From a virus (Duplodnaviria; Caudoviricetes), in IMG/VR virus record IMGVR_UViG_3300025018_000315, positions 1 to 36,352 of that record: 36,352 nucleotides of DNA; one strand, 5' to 3'. The position numbers and the translations under genes were made by a program. The notes beneath the pieces were generated by a model. The model saw nothing but the letters and a program-made list of their open reading frames with translations, ran no database searches and was not told where the DNA came from. Shown here in pieces: positions 13,516-23,587 of the stretch (position 1 is its first letter; the number at the start of each line of letters is the position of its first letter).

Positions 13516-16173
13516 TCAATTTTTGAACTCGAGCCATCCTTGGTAAAGTGAAATAGTGTTAGAAGCCTTCGCATTGTCCCACTGAACCTTGACCGTAATA
13601 TCCTCCGCTGCTGTTGTATCAATGGTTTCAATAGAGTCATCTACTTGCTTACTGTTATCTATATCAATTTGTCCGTGAAAAGCGGTTGATCCTGAAGCTC
13701 CAGTACTTCGCACCGTCATTCTTGTTTCAACGCACCAGTTCGCCCCTGTAACATTTCCAATAGCGGGTTTGAATGTTCCAACGAGCGTTGAGCCGATATA
13801 TATGTTGATTGTAATGTCGTCTGCTGCTGTTGCGTTTGTAAGAACACCACTTATAGATACTTTAACGACGTTCCCTACTCTTAAATCGTTTGCTGGAATA
13901 GTCCCTGTATAAACCGTTGTTTCTGTAATTGTGTTTGAAACAGTTACGGTTGATGTTGCTACATCAGATGTTCTATCTATTACTCTTTGCGTAGCAACGC
14001 TGGTTATGTACATCTTGTCGTTACTGTACTCAAATGCCCCTGCTTCTGGTGATGTTAATAATGTCCCAGATGTAAACTTGAGTGGGGCTGAGCCTGCTGC
14101 TGCTGCTCCAGCAGCAAGATGAAGAACTGCTGTTGGAGTGGTCGAGCCACCAACAAATAAACGACCGCCATCAATCAAACTAAACACGGTTGCTCCGTTA
14201 TCCTTAGCAACAATGATTGGGTCTGTTTGTGTTCCGTTATCACAAAGGAGAGCGGCTGAAACGAGTGTTGGAGATGCGTTAATCAAGGCAAAGTACCCAC
14301 CAATCTGTGTAGGGGTAGTACCTCCGTTCAATGCGTATCCAGCACACCCAATGTTTGTTGCGCTATTTTTGCTAATAATGGCTCGAAACAAGCCACCATA
14401 ACTTCTATTGCCGCCTGACGCATAACCAGCCTGACCTACAATGTACCCCGTAGTTGTGGCGATGTATTCACCATAATTGGCTGCTTGAACATTTGTAAAC
14501 TCATTTGTCGTTGTACCTGCTGTTTGGTTTTGTGCGTACACACCGAAACTCGATGAAGCACCTGTATAGCCAGCCAAAAGAGATATTTTAGTTGCGGCGA
14601 GTAATGCAGAAGTTGAGCCTGAACCTGTAATTTGGTGGGAAACACCAAACTCTGAACCAACTATTGTGTCAACTACATGAAGACGTGATGTTGGGTTTAC
14701 GTTTATTCCTACATCCCCATTAGCATTTACTCTTAAAAATATATTAGAAGCACCTGCTGCAACTTCATTATTTATAAAACTTGCTTTTGTTGCTCCTTGA
14801 ATAACAAAATAACCGCTACTTTCGTTACTGAATGCAAAACCTGAATAGTTTTGTCCAGCAAAAAGAGCGGCTGCTTTATAGCTCGCATTTCCTACATTTA
14901 TAATGTTTAATGTTGGCGTTGAAGCAGCAAGCCCGCTTCCAAATCTAATATCTGCGTCTCCTGCTCGAACATGAAAGCTTTGCGTGAGACCAGAGTTTAT
15001 TCCAATACCGAAACGATTATTGGCATCATCCCAAAATAGATTGGAATTATCTTGAGTATAGACTCCAGACGTTCCAGCAAAGACAATAGAACCTTCTGTA
15101 AAGGTTGTTGCTGTTCCTGTTCCTCCGTTTGCTACTCCGAGAGTACCTGTAATGCTTGATGTAAGACTAACTAAACTCCAAGAAGTATCTGTCCCGTTAG
15201 TTGTTAAAAACTTGTTTCCATTCGTCGCTTGAGAAGGAGCAAGAGCATTAAACGCAAGGTTGGCTGTAATTTGTCCTGTACCACCCTTAGAAATACCAAG
15301 AGTACCTCCGATATTATCAAGTGTAAGGGCTGACTCATCTACTGCAAAATTAAGCGTTTCATTTCCTGCTGGATTAACCGTTGATAGTGTAATCCCTAGT
15401 CCTGCACTTATTTTAGCTTCTAAATAGCCAGGGGTAGTATCATCAGCAGATACCTTGACCTTTTCATCTGTGGAGCTGTTAGAAACAAACTCAAGACCTG
15501 TTTCGTTTGATTTTACTGCAACAGTCTGTCCTGCTTGCCCTACATACGATATAGGTGTGTCTGTGAGTTCTAAAAATGCGTAATCTTTGCTTGCTTGTCT
15601 CCTAAAATCTGGCAAGTCTTTTAAGTCTGTAATGGAAAGCCTTTCTTGCCCCTTGAGAGCTGAAAGTTTACCTACAATGTCTGTTCCTGTGTCTGGTGAA
15701 CCGTCAATCCCGTTCTTACCGTCTTTTCCGTCTTTTGGTGTAGGTATCTTTGTTAAAACTTCTTTTATAATAATTTTTGTATCTGGTGTGTCCCCTTTCT
15801 CCCCCTTTTCTCCGTCAAAATAATCAACTCCTTTAACAGGTGTCTTTCCGTCTACTCCAGGATCTCCCTTATCCCCTTTTTCTCCAGTAATTGAATCCCC
15901 TTTTTCTCCCTTTTCTCCTTTTTCCCCTGTATCTCCCTTATCCCCTTTCTCTCCCTTTACTTGTGATATTTTACCAAATGCTTCTGCAATCTTTTCCATT
16001 GGGCTGGTAAGTTTTCCAATTTCTCCTCCAGCTTCTTCAATCTTTTCTGATAATTCTTTTTTAGTGTTTTCTCCTTGTACAATAAGAGTTTCAAGCAATT
16101 GTTGCTCATCTTCGGAGTTCTTTTGATTTTGTAGTATTAGAACTTCTAGTTCTAAGTTATCCTCTGGTGGCAT
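13516..16173 (-). CDS. Tail fibre / receptor-binding protein with collagen-like repeats
   Basis: (G-X-Y)n GEKGDKGDTGEKG; GTLGVANGGTG and LFWDDANNRFGIG fibre motifs; beta-rich C-terminus. Confidence 0.8.
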   Translation of the reverse strand: MPPEDNLELEVLILQNQKNSEDEQQLLETLIVQGENTKKELSEKIEEAGGEIGKLTSPMEKIAEAFGKISQVKGEKGDKGDTGEKGEKGEKGDSITGEKGDKGDPGVDGKTPVKGVDYFDGEKGEKGDTPDTKIIIKEVLTKIPTPKDGKDGKNGIDGSPDTGTDIVGKLSALKGQERLSITDLKDLPDFRRQASKDYAFLELTDTPISYVGQAGQTVAVKSNETGLEFVSNSSTDEKVKVSADDTTPGYLEAKISAGLGITLSTVNPAGNETLNFAVDESALTLDNIGGTLGISKGGTGQITANLAFNALAPSQATNGNKFLTTNGTDTSWSLVSLTSSITGTLGVANGGTGTATTFTEGSIVFAGTSGVYTQDNSNLFWDDANNRFGIGINSGLTQSFHVRAGDADIRFGSGLAASTPTLNIINVGNASYKAAALFAGQNYSGFAFSNESSGYFVIQGATKASFINNEVAAGASNIFLRVNANGDVGINVNPTSRLHVVDTIVGSEFGVSHQITGSGSTSALLAATKISLLAGYTGASSSFGVYAQNQTAGTTTNEFTNVQAANYGEYIATTTGYIVGQAGYASGGNRSYGGLFRAIISKNSATNIGCAGYALNGGTTPTQIGGYFALINASPTLVSAALLCDNGTQTDPIIVAKDNGATVFSLIDGGRLFVGGSTTPTAVLHLAAGAAAAGSAPLKFTSGTLLTSPEAGAFEYSNDKMYITSVATQRVIDRTSDVATSTVTVSNTITETTVYTGTIPANDLRVGNVVKVSISGVLTNATAADDITINIYIGSTLVGTFKPAIGNVTGANWCVETRMTVRSTGASGSTAFHGQIDIDNSKQVDDSIETIDTTAAEDITVKVQWDNAKASNTISLYQGWLEFKN

Positions 16174-16234
16174 ATTGACTTTTTTATGTGTCTGTGTTCT
16201 AATTATAGTATAACATTTTTTCTAACTTTTTTAT

Positions 16235-16351
16235 ATGGGATGTGTAGGTGTATCTTTGATAATAATAGGGATAATCGGTCTTTGTATCATTTTCCCTTGG
16301 CTTTTATTGCCACTAGCGATTTTTATTGGATTCGTTCTTCTTTTTCGTTAA
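16235..16351 (+). CDS. 38-aa hydrophobic membrane peptide, antisense to the late operon (not in ORF track)
   Basis: MGCVGVSLIIIGIIGLCIIFPWLLLPLAIFIGFVLLFR*. Upstream TTGACT (16175-16180) and AT-rich -10-like boxes. Its stop overlaps the convergent stop. Confidence 0.6.
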   Translation: MGCVGVSLIIIGIIGLCIIFPWLLLPLAIFIGFVLLFR

Positions 16352-17631
16352 TCTGATTCCTCCAGTTTTGCTTTTATAATACCAAGGAGTGTATTTAGGG
16401 GGATCGTCCCCTTACTTCCAAGTCTACCAAGTTCATTTAAACCGATAGCTGCACCAGATTTAAAAGCAGCTTTGTCGAGTAAATCAGCAACGATACCTAT
16501 TGCGGCACCTTTACTTCCACCTGCAGCTGCGCCAATCTTTGTTCCTAAACCAAGTAGGTTCAGATTGCCAATTCTACCAGACGCTTTTGATAGTGCCTCA
16601 TCAAATTTATATAAGCTACTAAGTCGTTTATTTATATCACCAACAACAGGAGCTTTTTCAACTATTTTTTCTTTCAAAAATCTTGTTGCTTGTTTCTGCC
16701 CCTCAATACCAGCTGAACTCATACGATCATAATATTTTCGTAACATTTGTCCAGTTGCTACTTTTATTTTTTGTGCTTCCTCAATCGGAATTTCTTTACC
16801 GTATTTTTTTATAAAGTTTTTTCCTAATGCGTCAATTTCTTTTACAGATTTTTGTGCTTCTTTTACGTCAATCTGATTTTCAAAAAATCTTTTAGCTTCA
16901 TTAAGATAATTTTGCATCCCTTTGGTTGCTATTTTTTGTCCTTTTCCTGCGACTTCTTCAATTGCATCCCCTAACTGAGCCTCAAAATCATCAATTTTAT
17001 TTGCAACACGTTCAACACCACCTTTTGTAAGCCACACTTTTTCTTTAAGTCCTGTTTTTACTACATCAAGAGCATCGGTAACAACCTTTCCGTCTTTTAC
17101 AATATTCTTAGGCTTTAAGGCAGATTGATACAGTTTTTCTGCTACTATTGTAAGTGGTTTTTTTATTACACTCGATGTACCTTTAAGCCCCACTGGGTTT
17201 ACAAATTCTGCAACTTTTTCACCGTAAAAACCTACTTTTTGAGCTTTATTCTTCGGAGTAGTAAGTGTACCTGTTGGAAGTCCTTTTTTTTCTTCAAAAG
17301 AAGATATGGCAGGACTTATTTTGCTAGCAATATCAAAAGCTGTTTTAACAGGGGATGTAAAAGTATTTGGTAATTGTACAGGAAATTTGCTTTTTACCTT
17401 ATTTATAACATCCGATGATTCTTTTGCAGAACTTAAAATACCCTTACTAAAACCTAAGCCGACATCTAGTCCTGCCTGTATAGATGTTGGTAATTTGCTA
17501 AAATTTGATTTAGGAAGTTGAGGTGATTCTGGTTGTATTCCCATTTGTTTTGCTACAAAATCAATGTCTTCTGGTGTTGGGTTTCCATTAAATTTTACTG
17601 ATTTTCCATTTGAAAATGTAATAGTTGCCAT
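16348..17631 (-). CDS. Putative internal virion / DNA ejection protein
   Basis: Lys/Ala/Gly-rich helical protein in the podoviral ejection-gene position. Confidence 0.6.
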   Translation of the reverse strand: MATITFSNGKSVKFNGNPTPEDIDFVAKQMGIQPESPQLPKSNFSKLPTSIQAGLDVGLGFSKGILSSAKESSDVINKVKSKFPVQLPNTFTSPVKTAFDIASKISPAISSFEEKKGLPTGTLTTPKNKAQKVGFYGEKVAEFVNPVGLKGTSSVIKKPLTIVAEKLYQSALKPKNIVKDGKVVTDALDVVKTGLKEKVWLTKGGVERVANKIDDFEAQLGDAIEEVAGKGQKIATKGMQNYLNEAKRFFENQIDVKEAQKSVKEIDALGKNFIKKYGKEIPIEEAQKIKVATGQMLRKYYDRMSSAGIEGQKQATRFLKEKIVEKAPVVGDINKRLSSLYKFDEALSKASGRIGNLNLLGLGTKIGAAAGGSKGAAIGIVADLLDKAAFKSGAAIGLNELGRLGSKGTIPLNTLLGIIKAKLEESD

Positions 17632-17633
17632 AT

Positions 17634-19598
17634 TTATTTAGTTATTGTGTAACTTATACCACTTGGAGTTGTACCGATTGTACTGTCAGAAGAAGATTGG
17701 AAAGATCCAAGTTCTCCAAAAATAGTATCTATAGGGTCAATACCTTTAGTTTCAAGTTCTTTTTTCTTAGATTTTATGTAAGGGTCTTTTTCAAGAGCCT
17801 TAATCTGTGCGTTATACAAGGCATTTATAGCAGCGTTCATCTGGCTTCTTAGCTCAGGCGACAACTGTTCTCCTTTTTGTAATTTAGACACCTTAGTATT
17901 TAAGGTGTTTAGCAGAGATTGAGATTCTTGTATTAACTTAACATCTTGGTCTCTCGTAACGGCTCCCTCATCTACGACCTTTTGAAACTGGTTAATTGCA
18001 GCAATATCGCCAACACCTGTAGAGAGTGATAATGCTGCTTGCACATTGTTTGCGTAGTTTTGCATAGATACTGTCTTTGCGTAGGTAGAACTTTTTGCAA
18101 CAGAGTTATTTACATCTGATATAGCTTTTCTTTGGTATTCACTTGTCGTCTGCTGCAAAAGACCATTCTTTTGTGCATCATCTAGTTCTTTTCTAAATCT
18201 AGCTCGTTCTGCTGCAGTTCCACCTGAAAGAATATCTGTTGCTGGTTGGTTTCCAAGAATAACTTGTCTTACCTCAAAAGAATACTTTGACAAGTCTGCG
18301 TCCTGTGCTATTGGTGTAGGTTTAGCTTCTACTACAGCTTGATTTGCGTCATATTCTTTTCTTAATTCTGCAACTTTATTTGGGGCAAAAGACTGACCTG
18401 CTGTGTTTTGCTCTTGTGTCAAAAACTCTGCAAATGTTTGCTTTGGTTGAGAAGGTGTAGATTGTGAGGTAGGCTGTGGTGTAGATGTAAATCCATAATC
18501 TATAAAATCACCTGAAGAAGATACTGTTCCTTTTGATTTAGCACCATCAAGTGTAGTGAAATCTCCCGTAATCTTATTAAAGTAGCCTGCTGGTTGTGTT
18601 TTATTTCCTGAAATAAATTGTAGCTCTGTAGCTTTATCTGCTGTTTCTGGTGTTACAGCTTTGTAGCTGCCATCAGTTTGTTTTTCATAGAGAACATTGT
18701 TCACCACAAATGTTTCTGCTTTGGGCTTGTTCTTTGCTTCAAGCGCTGTTTTGTCTGCTTGTTGTCTGTTATATTCTGCCATTAGTTGTTTTTCGGTAAC
18801 TCCAAGTTGAGATGCTAGTTCTTTAAGCATTTCTGGGTCTGCCTCTACTCCACTAGCAATAACATTACCAACAGTATCTGTAACTCTTGAGATCTTTCTT
18901 GTTTCTGCATCTGCTAAGAAATTTATGTATTCTTGTGCTCCTAGTTTTCTTGCTGCTGTTTTAGCTGTAAACTCGTCTGCTGTTTCTTTTCTTACAGTTG
19001 AAAGAATTGAACCAATCTTTGCCGCTCTTTCTGCTTCAATAGAGTTTTGTATTCTTTGGTTGTAATCACTTGTTGTAGCTGTCTGTGCAACACCAAAATC
19101 ACTGCCTAATAGCCCTCTACGAGCTTGTATAGCTCTACTTTGACCTAATCTACCTTGTCCTGCTACTTGCTCCTCTGCACGCTTTGTAGCGTACACTCTG
19201 TTTAGAGCATCAATTTCTTCTTGAAACCGTGCCATTGTTTTTAATCTAATATCTTCTTCATTCACTGGAGCTGTGTCTGCGTTAATCATTGCTCCGTATT
19301 GTGAATATGCATTTTCTAAATCTCTATTTGTTTTTGGCATGTAGTCGCCATACACATCACCTGCTGTTGCTGGTGCTTCAGGAGCTACAGGAGCAACAGG
19401 TGTACCTCCAGTTGTTGCTGGAGGTGTTGGTCTGTTTGCGTATGATGAAAGAAAGTCTGCTTGTAAAATCTCTGCGTTTGGCTGTGCTACTTGTTGATTT
19501 GTAAAAGGATTTACATTTTCTTCAAATGGTAATCCTGTTTGTGGGTTTATTGTTGCCATATAATATTTGTTAGCTGTGACTTTGGATATAAGTAACAT
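17634..19598 (-). CDS. Putative internal virion / DNA ejection protein (start probably ATG 19559)
   Basis: Gln/Ala-rich; RRGLLGSDFG motif; gene position. Confidence 0.6.
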   Translation of the reverse strand: MLLISKVTANKYYMATINPQTGLPFEENVNPFTNQQVAQPNAEILQADFLSSYANRPTPPATTGGTPVAPVAPEAPATAGDVYGDYMPKTNRDLENAYSQYGAMINADTAPVNEEDIRLKTMARFQEEIDALNRVYATKRAEEQVAGQGRLGQSRAIQARRGLLGSDFGVAQTATTSDYNQRIQNSIEAERAAKIGSILSTVRKETADEFTAKTAARKLGAQEYINFLADAETRKISRVTDTVGNVIASGVEADPEMLKELASQLGVTEKQLMAEYNRQQADKTALEAKNKPKAETFVVNNVLYEKQTDGSYKAVTPETADKATELQFISGNKTQPAGYFNKITGDFTTLDGAKSKGTVSSSGDFIDYGFTSTPQPTSQSTPSQPKQTFAEFLTQEQNTAGQSFAPNKVAELRKEYDANQAVVEAKPTPIAQDADLSKYSFEVRQVILGNQPATDILSGGTAAERARFRKELDDAQKNGLLQQTTSEYQRKAISDVNNSVAKSSTYAKTVSMQNYANNVQAALSLSTGVGDIAAINQFQKVVDEGAVTRDQDVKLIQESQSLLNTLNTKVSKLQKGEQLSPELRSQMNAAINALYNAQIKALEKDPYIKSKKKELETKGIDPIDTIFGELGSFQSSSDSTIGTTPSGISYTITK

Positions 19599-21021
19599 CG
19601 CTCCAGAAGTCCACCCTAGGACCAGCTCCTGCTACGGTAGAACCAGAATAAGCTCGCACTGCAAATTCTGAGGTTGTGTGTATTGGCACATTTGTTGAGT
19701 GTGTTGCAGAAGCAGAAGTTGAGCCATTTATGTAAAGAGATATTGAACCACTAACATTAACTATTTTATAAGTATTGTATGATGTTTCTGTAACTAGACC
19801 ACTAATATCAGTTGATTGAACTGTTGAACCATCACAAGTTACAAAATACCAAGCACCAGTAAGACCTTCTACTCCTACTCTATCCGAAGTCCCAGCGTGT
19901 GTATCAGTTGTTGAACTGTCTCCTGTAATCCCTGCGAATTGGTAATTATTAGCACCTGTTCCATTTGAAACTTTTAATCTCATGTTCAATGTAAAGTCTA
20001 GAACTGGGTTTAGGTCTTGTGATGTGTACACCCTTGCTGTACAAGCACCACCATCATGAACAGCCTGACAATCACTCAATATAGCTCCTCTTGTTGTGCT
20101 TCTTGTCCCTGTACCTGTTGTTGCTGCACTCATATGAGGCACAAAACTAATAAGGTTTAACCTTGTATAGTCGTCAAATAAAGGAGCGTTGTTTGGTGTA
20201 ACCCACTCTGGTGCTGTTGCTCCAGCATTTACAGCAAGAACTTGGTTAGCTGTACCAATAGCAAGTCTAGTAGCATCAGTTCCGTTTCCGTAAACTATAT
20301 CTCCTGCTGTTGTTAGACCAATAAGAGAATCACCAATCTTTCCGTTGCTTTTTGCTCGCACCACTTTACTTGCTGTTTCCTCTGCTACGTCGTCAGCTGT
20401 TACAAATTTATTACTGGTACTCGGTGTTCCACTTGTACCAACAAGAGCATTGTTTTCGTCTTGTGTAGGAACTCTTGTGTCATTATCTCCAACTGCAATA
20501 GGGTTTGTAGCACTTGCTGGGGCTGATGACAGTTTGCTGATACCTTTAACTGTTGTACTAGCGTCTGCTCCTCCTGCGATAGCTACTCCGTTTACATAAT
20601 CCACAGTAGACCATTTATAAGTATCACCAGAAGTTAAACTTGGATCTCCGTCATATCCTATTTTCGTTGTTGCTGGAAAACCTGTTGTCCCGTCTAATAA
20701 ATCATTTATAAACTTTAAATGTCCATAGTTAGTAATTTTAACACTAGCCCCAATTCTATGAGCTCGTATTGAACCACTTGTTAGTGTACCCTGTCTTGTA
20801 ACATTTTGAATAACTGAAACTGATGTACCTGTAACAGTACATAGCCAATACTCTTTATCTGAACTTTCCCCATCAATAGTCAGTAAATACTGCCCTGTGG
20901 GTAAAGAAACCCCGTCTTTGTCTGTTGCGCTTTGCAAGGTACAAGAAGTACCCCCAATTGCTATCTTTGTTGCAAGGCTTGTACTAAAATCTGCTACGAT
21001 TGTTGAAAGTTTTTGTGCCAT
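19570..21021 (-). CDS. Virion tail protein (spike/fibre-like, lectin-like C-terminus)
   Basis: DASTTVKGISKLS and GDIVYG...RLAIGTANQVL motifs typical of fibres. Confidence 0.6.
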   Translation of the reverse strand: MAQKLSTIVADFSTSLATKIAIGGTSCTLQSATDKDGVSLPTGQYLLTIDGESSDKEYWLCTVTGTSVSVIQNVTRQGTLTSGSIRAHRIGASVKITNYGHLKFINDLLDGTTGFPATTKIGYDGDPSLTSGDTYKWSTVDYVNGVAIAGGADASTTVKGISKLSSAPASATNPIAVGDNDTRVPTQDENNALVGTSGTPSTSNKFVTADDVAEETASKVVRAKSNGKIGDSLIGLTTAGDIVYGNGTDATRLAIGTANQVLAVNAGATAPEWVTPNNAPLFDDYTRLNLISFVPHMSAATTGTGTRSTTRGAILSDCQAVHDGGACTARVYTSQDLNPVLDFTLNMRLKVSNGTGANNYQFAGITGDSSTTDTHAGTSDRVGVEGLTGAWYFVTCDGSTVQSTDISGLVTETSYNTYKIVNVSGSISLYINGSTSASATHSTNVPIHTTSEFAVRAYSGSTVAGAGPRVDFWSDVTYIQSHS

Positions 21022-21027
21022 ATATTT

Positions 21028-22908
21028 TTAATTATCTGTTGTTGTTCCGTCAAGTGAAACATTTTGTTTATTTCTTTTTGCGTAAGGCATTCTGTTTTCA
21101 AATATTAGAATGTCCCAGTAAGTCAGCAGGTTAAAGTCAAAGTATCCCATGCCTGTCGGCTCTAGTCGTACTCCGAGCGTCCTAAACTTTGCTGTCTTTA
21201 TTTTTAGTTCTATGTAGTAGCCATAGACATCTGTTGTTGTTCCTCCACCGATCTCAATTTCTCCTACCATTGAGCCACCGACCGTTTGAACTTCATCATA
21301 ATTTACATACGTTCCGTCTCCTCTAATCGTTCCTATCCACTCTGGTGTGCCGCCCTCTACTGCTAGATAGACTTTCACCACTTGATCTGGGTCAATGGCT
21401 CCTTTAATCCGCAATCTTCTTGTCTTTTTAAGATTTGTAATTCCGAATAGATTATCCTTAGAGTCCCAGTAGGCTTGAATAGTTGCGTCTAAGTCATCAA
21501 ATCCACTAAATGTGCTGTACACGTTCTGAGTGATTGAATCGCCCACATAGAACGCATCTCCGTCCTGTACTGCCATTTTTCCACTATATGCCACTATATC
21601 TACTGTCTTTGCTTCTATATTACACATTAAGATTGTATCGTTGTTATCTGCTCCAGTTGACTTACAAAAAATTGTTATCCATCTGTCGTATGTGGAAAAT
21701 CCACACTCGTCATAAGTGTAGTCTGAAAATTTGAATTGTGGGAATAATACTTTTGGCTCTACTACGCTACTTACTTTATTTCTTACTAAAACTGTTAATT
21801 CTGGTTTTGTTGGGTTTGAAGTGTTCAAAAATACAATACCCAGCCCTGTTGATACTGCTGCTCTAAAAAAAGGAATACCCATATCTTTACGGTATACCTC
21901 ATTTGTTGCTCCTAAGTCATCTGCATCAATTGATAGTCTATATGCTGAGTTTTCTTTGAGTGAGTAGTATGCTCCGTCTAATCCAACTTGAACTGTTAAA
22001 ATAGCGTCTCCTCCCTCATCTTGTGGAAATTGGAATCCTTCTCCTGCTTGTCTAGGTGTTGAATGAGAAAAGTCTGCTACGCCTAGTGCTGTTGGGTCTT
22101 CCCATTGATAATCACTTGTAACTGCTCCTGTTGTGGTATCGCTGAAAGTAATGTCGTATTCACCTGTTGCATAGTTAATCGTCCCTGTACCACCTAAAAT
22201 TGAACTTAAACCACCTAAATAATCGTCTACAAATGTTTCTGTACCTGCTGCTACTGTGGCAACAAAAGATACACCAAAACAAGAGCGTTTTGGTCCTCCT
22301 GCCTTAAATGCAAGTGTTCCTGTGTAGTTGTCTGTTCCTGATGAACCGATTGCTTCTGCACTTACTGTTGTATATACAGTTGAATCTTGTGCATCAATAT
22401 ATGAGCCATAAAGGCCTGTCTTATCTTGTACTCTGTTCCACAAAAGCATTCGTCCTGTATCTATTGCAATATACCCCTTAAAGTTCTTTGCTGAATCGTA
22501 TACATCAATAGGGCTTGTTGGGTTTGCGTTTATTATCTTCCACATTCCGTCAATTCCACCAACATAGGTAAATGCCCCTGCAAGTGAAGAGTAGTTAGCA
22601 AAAGTATATTCTGCTGTGCTGGTAAGTCCTGTAATAATGTTTGTCCAAGTACCAGAAATATATGCTTGAATTGCTGTGCCTATTTTCCTATATAAAACTT
22701 TTGTGCCATCTGCTTTATAGCCTGCTTGTAATCCTGTTACATCTCCTACTGCTCCGTCTGCTCCGAGAATAGAGCGACCATGTACTAATACAGTTTTGCC
22801 ATCTTTGGTCAAAAAATTAGATGAATCTTTTGATGCTCCATCTGGTATTTTCTCTGAGGGGAGTAAGTTATGAATCCCTTTGTCAAAAATTGCAACTGTT
22901 TTATCCAT
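21028..22908 (-). CDS. Tail tube/nozzle (P22 gp10 / T7 gp12-like stabilisation protein)
   Basis: 626-aa beta-rich protein after the adaptor; DNLFGITNLKKTRRLRI motif. Confidence 0.6.
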   Translation of the reverse strand: MDKTVAIFDKGIHNLLPSEKIPDGASKDSSNFLTKDGKTVLVHGRSILGADGAVGDVTGLQAGYKADGTKVLYRKIGTAIQAYISGTWTNIITGLTSTAEYTFANYSSLAGAFTYVGGIDGMWKIINANPTSPIDVYDSAKNFKGYIAIDTGRMLLWNRVQDKTGLYGSYIDAQDSTVYTTVSAEAIGSSGTDNYTGTLAFKAGGPKRSCFGVSFVATVAAGTETFVDDYLGGLSSILGGTGTINYATGEYDITFSDTTTGAVTSDYQWEDPTALGVADFSHSTPRQAGEGFQFPQDEGGDAILTVQVGLDGAYYSLKENSAYRLSIDADDLGATNEVYRKDMGIPFFRAAVSTGLGIVFLNTSNPTKPELTVLVRNKVSSVVEPKVLFPQFKFSDYTYDECGFSTYDRWITIFCKSTGADNNDTILMCNIEAKTVDIVAYSGKMAVQDGDAFYVGDSITQNVYSTFSGFDDLDATIQAYWDSKDNLFGITNLKKTRRLRIKGAIDPDQVVKVYLAVEGGTPEWIGTIRGDGTYVNYDEVQTVGGSMVGEIEIGGGTTTDVYGYYIELKIKTAKFRTLGVRLEPTGMGYFDFNLLTYWDILIFENRMPYAKRNKQNVSLDGTTTDN

Positions 22909-22909
22909 A

Positions 22910-23536
22910 TTATGCCATTGATAGGTTAGCGTTCCAAAATGCCATGTCTGTTAAGTATTTGTTGTACATTGCTTGGTTAAAGTCTGTATTACTTCTTGCC
23001 TTATCAAATAATTGAATTGCCATATCATCTACACACATACCATGATAAATAACATCGTGGAATCGTGCAGGGAATACTGGTGAAGTACCTGCTGTAAGTG
23101 CTGCTGGAGTGAACCTGTAGTCAAAACTATATGTTGCACTTGCACTTTGTGCTACTGGGAATTTAAGCACGCTGTTTACTTGGTCTACATAACATACATT
23201 GTTGTTGTTTGTGTATTGTCTTCTATCTGACCAATTTACTACTTGAAAGGTTAAATCTCCTACATATACCATAGCTGGTTTAGCACCGAGCTGTGTTTCT
23301 TTTGAGTTGTCTGTGTAGTTGTAGCTTTCTAAAATGTATTCAAAATCACTTGGTAATGTAATAGTTGTTGTTGTTGTCATTGTGCCTGTTGCTTCTTTTT
23401 TTAATATCTCCCAAGCTCTATCTGACGCACAGCGAAGATATATCTTATTTACTAAGTCTAATTCTTCTTGCGTAGATAACTCGGTAGTATCACCTACATA
23501 CAGTTCAAATTTTGCTATGAGTTCACTTGCTGTCAT
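22910..23536 (-). CDS. Head-tail adaptor protein
   Basis: ITLPSDF and PVFPARFHDVIYHG motifs; gene position. Confidence 0.7.
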   Translation of the reverse strand: MTASELIAKFELYVGDTTELSTQEELDLVNKIYLRCASDRAWEILKKEATGTMTTTTTITLPSDFEYILESYNYTDNSKETQLGAKPAMVYVGDLTFQVVNWSDRRQYTNNNNVCYVDQVNSVLKFPVAQSASATYSFDYRFTPAALTAGTSPVFPARFHDVIYHGMCVDDMAIQLFDKARSNTDFNQAMYNKYLTDMAFWNANLSMA

Positions 23537-23587
23537 ATTTTTATAATTTACTTATCTTTCTCCCAATAAAGAGAGAAAGGAAATAAA

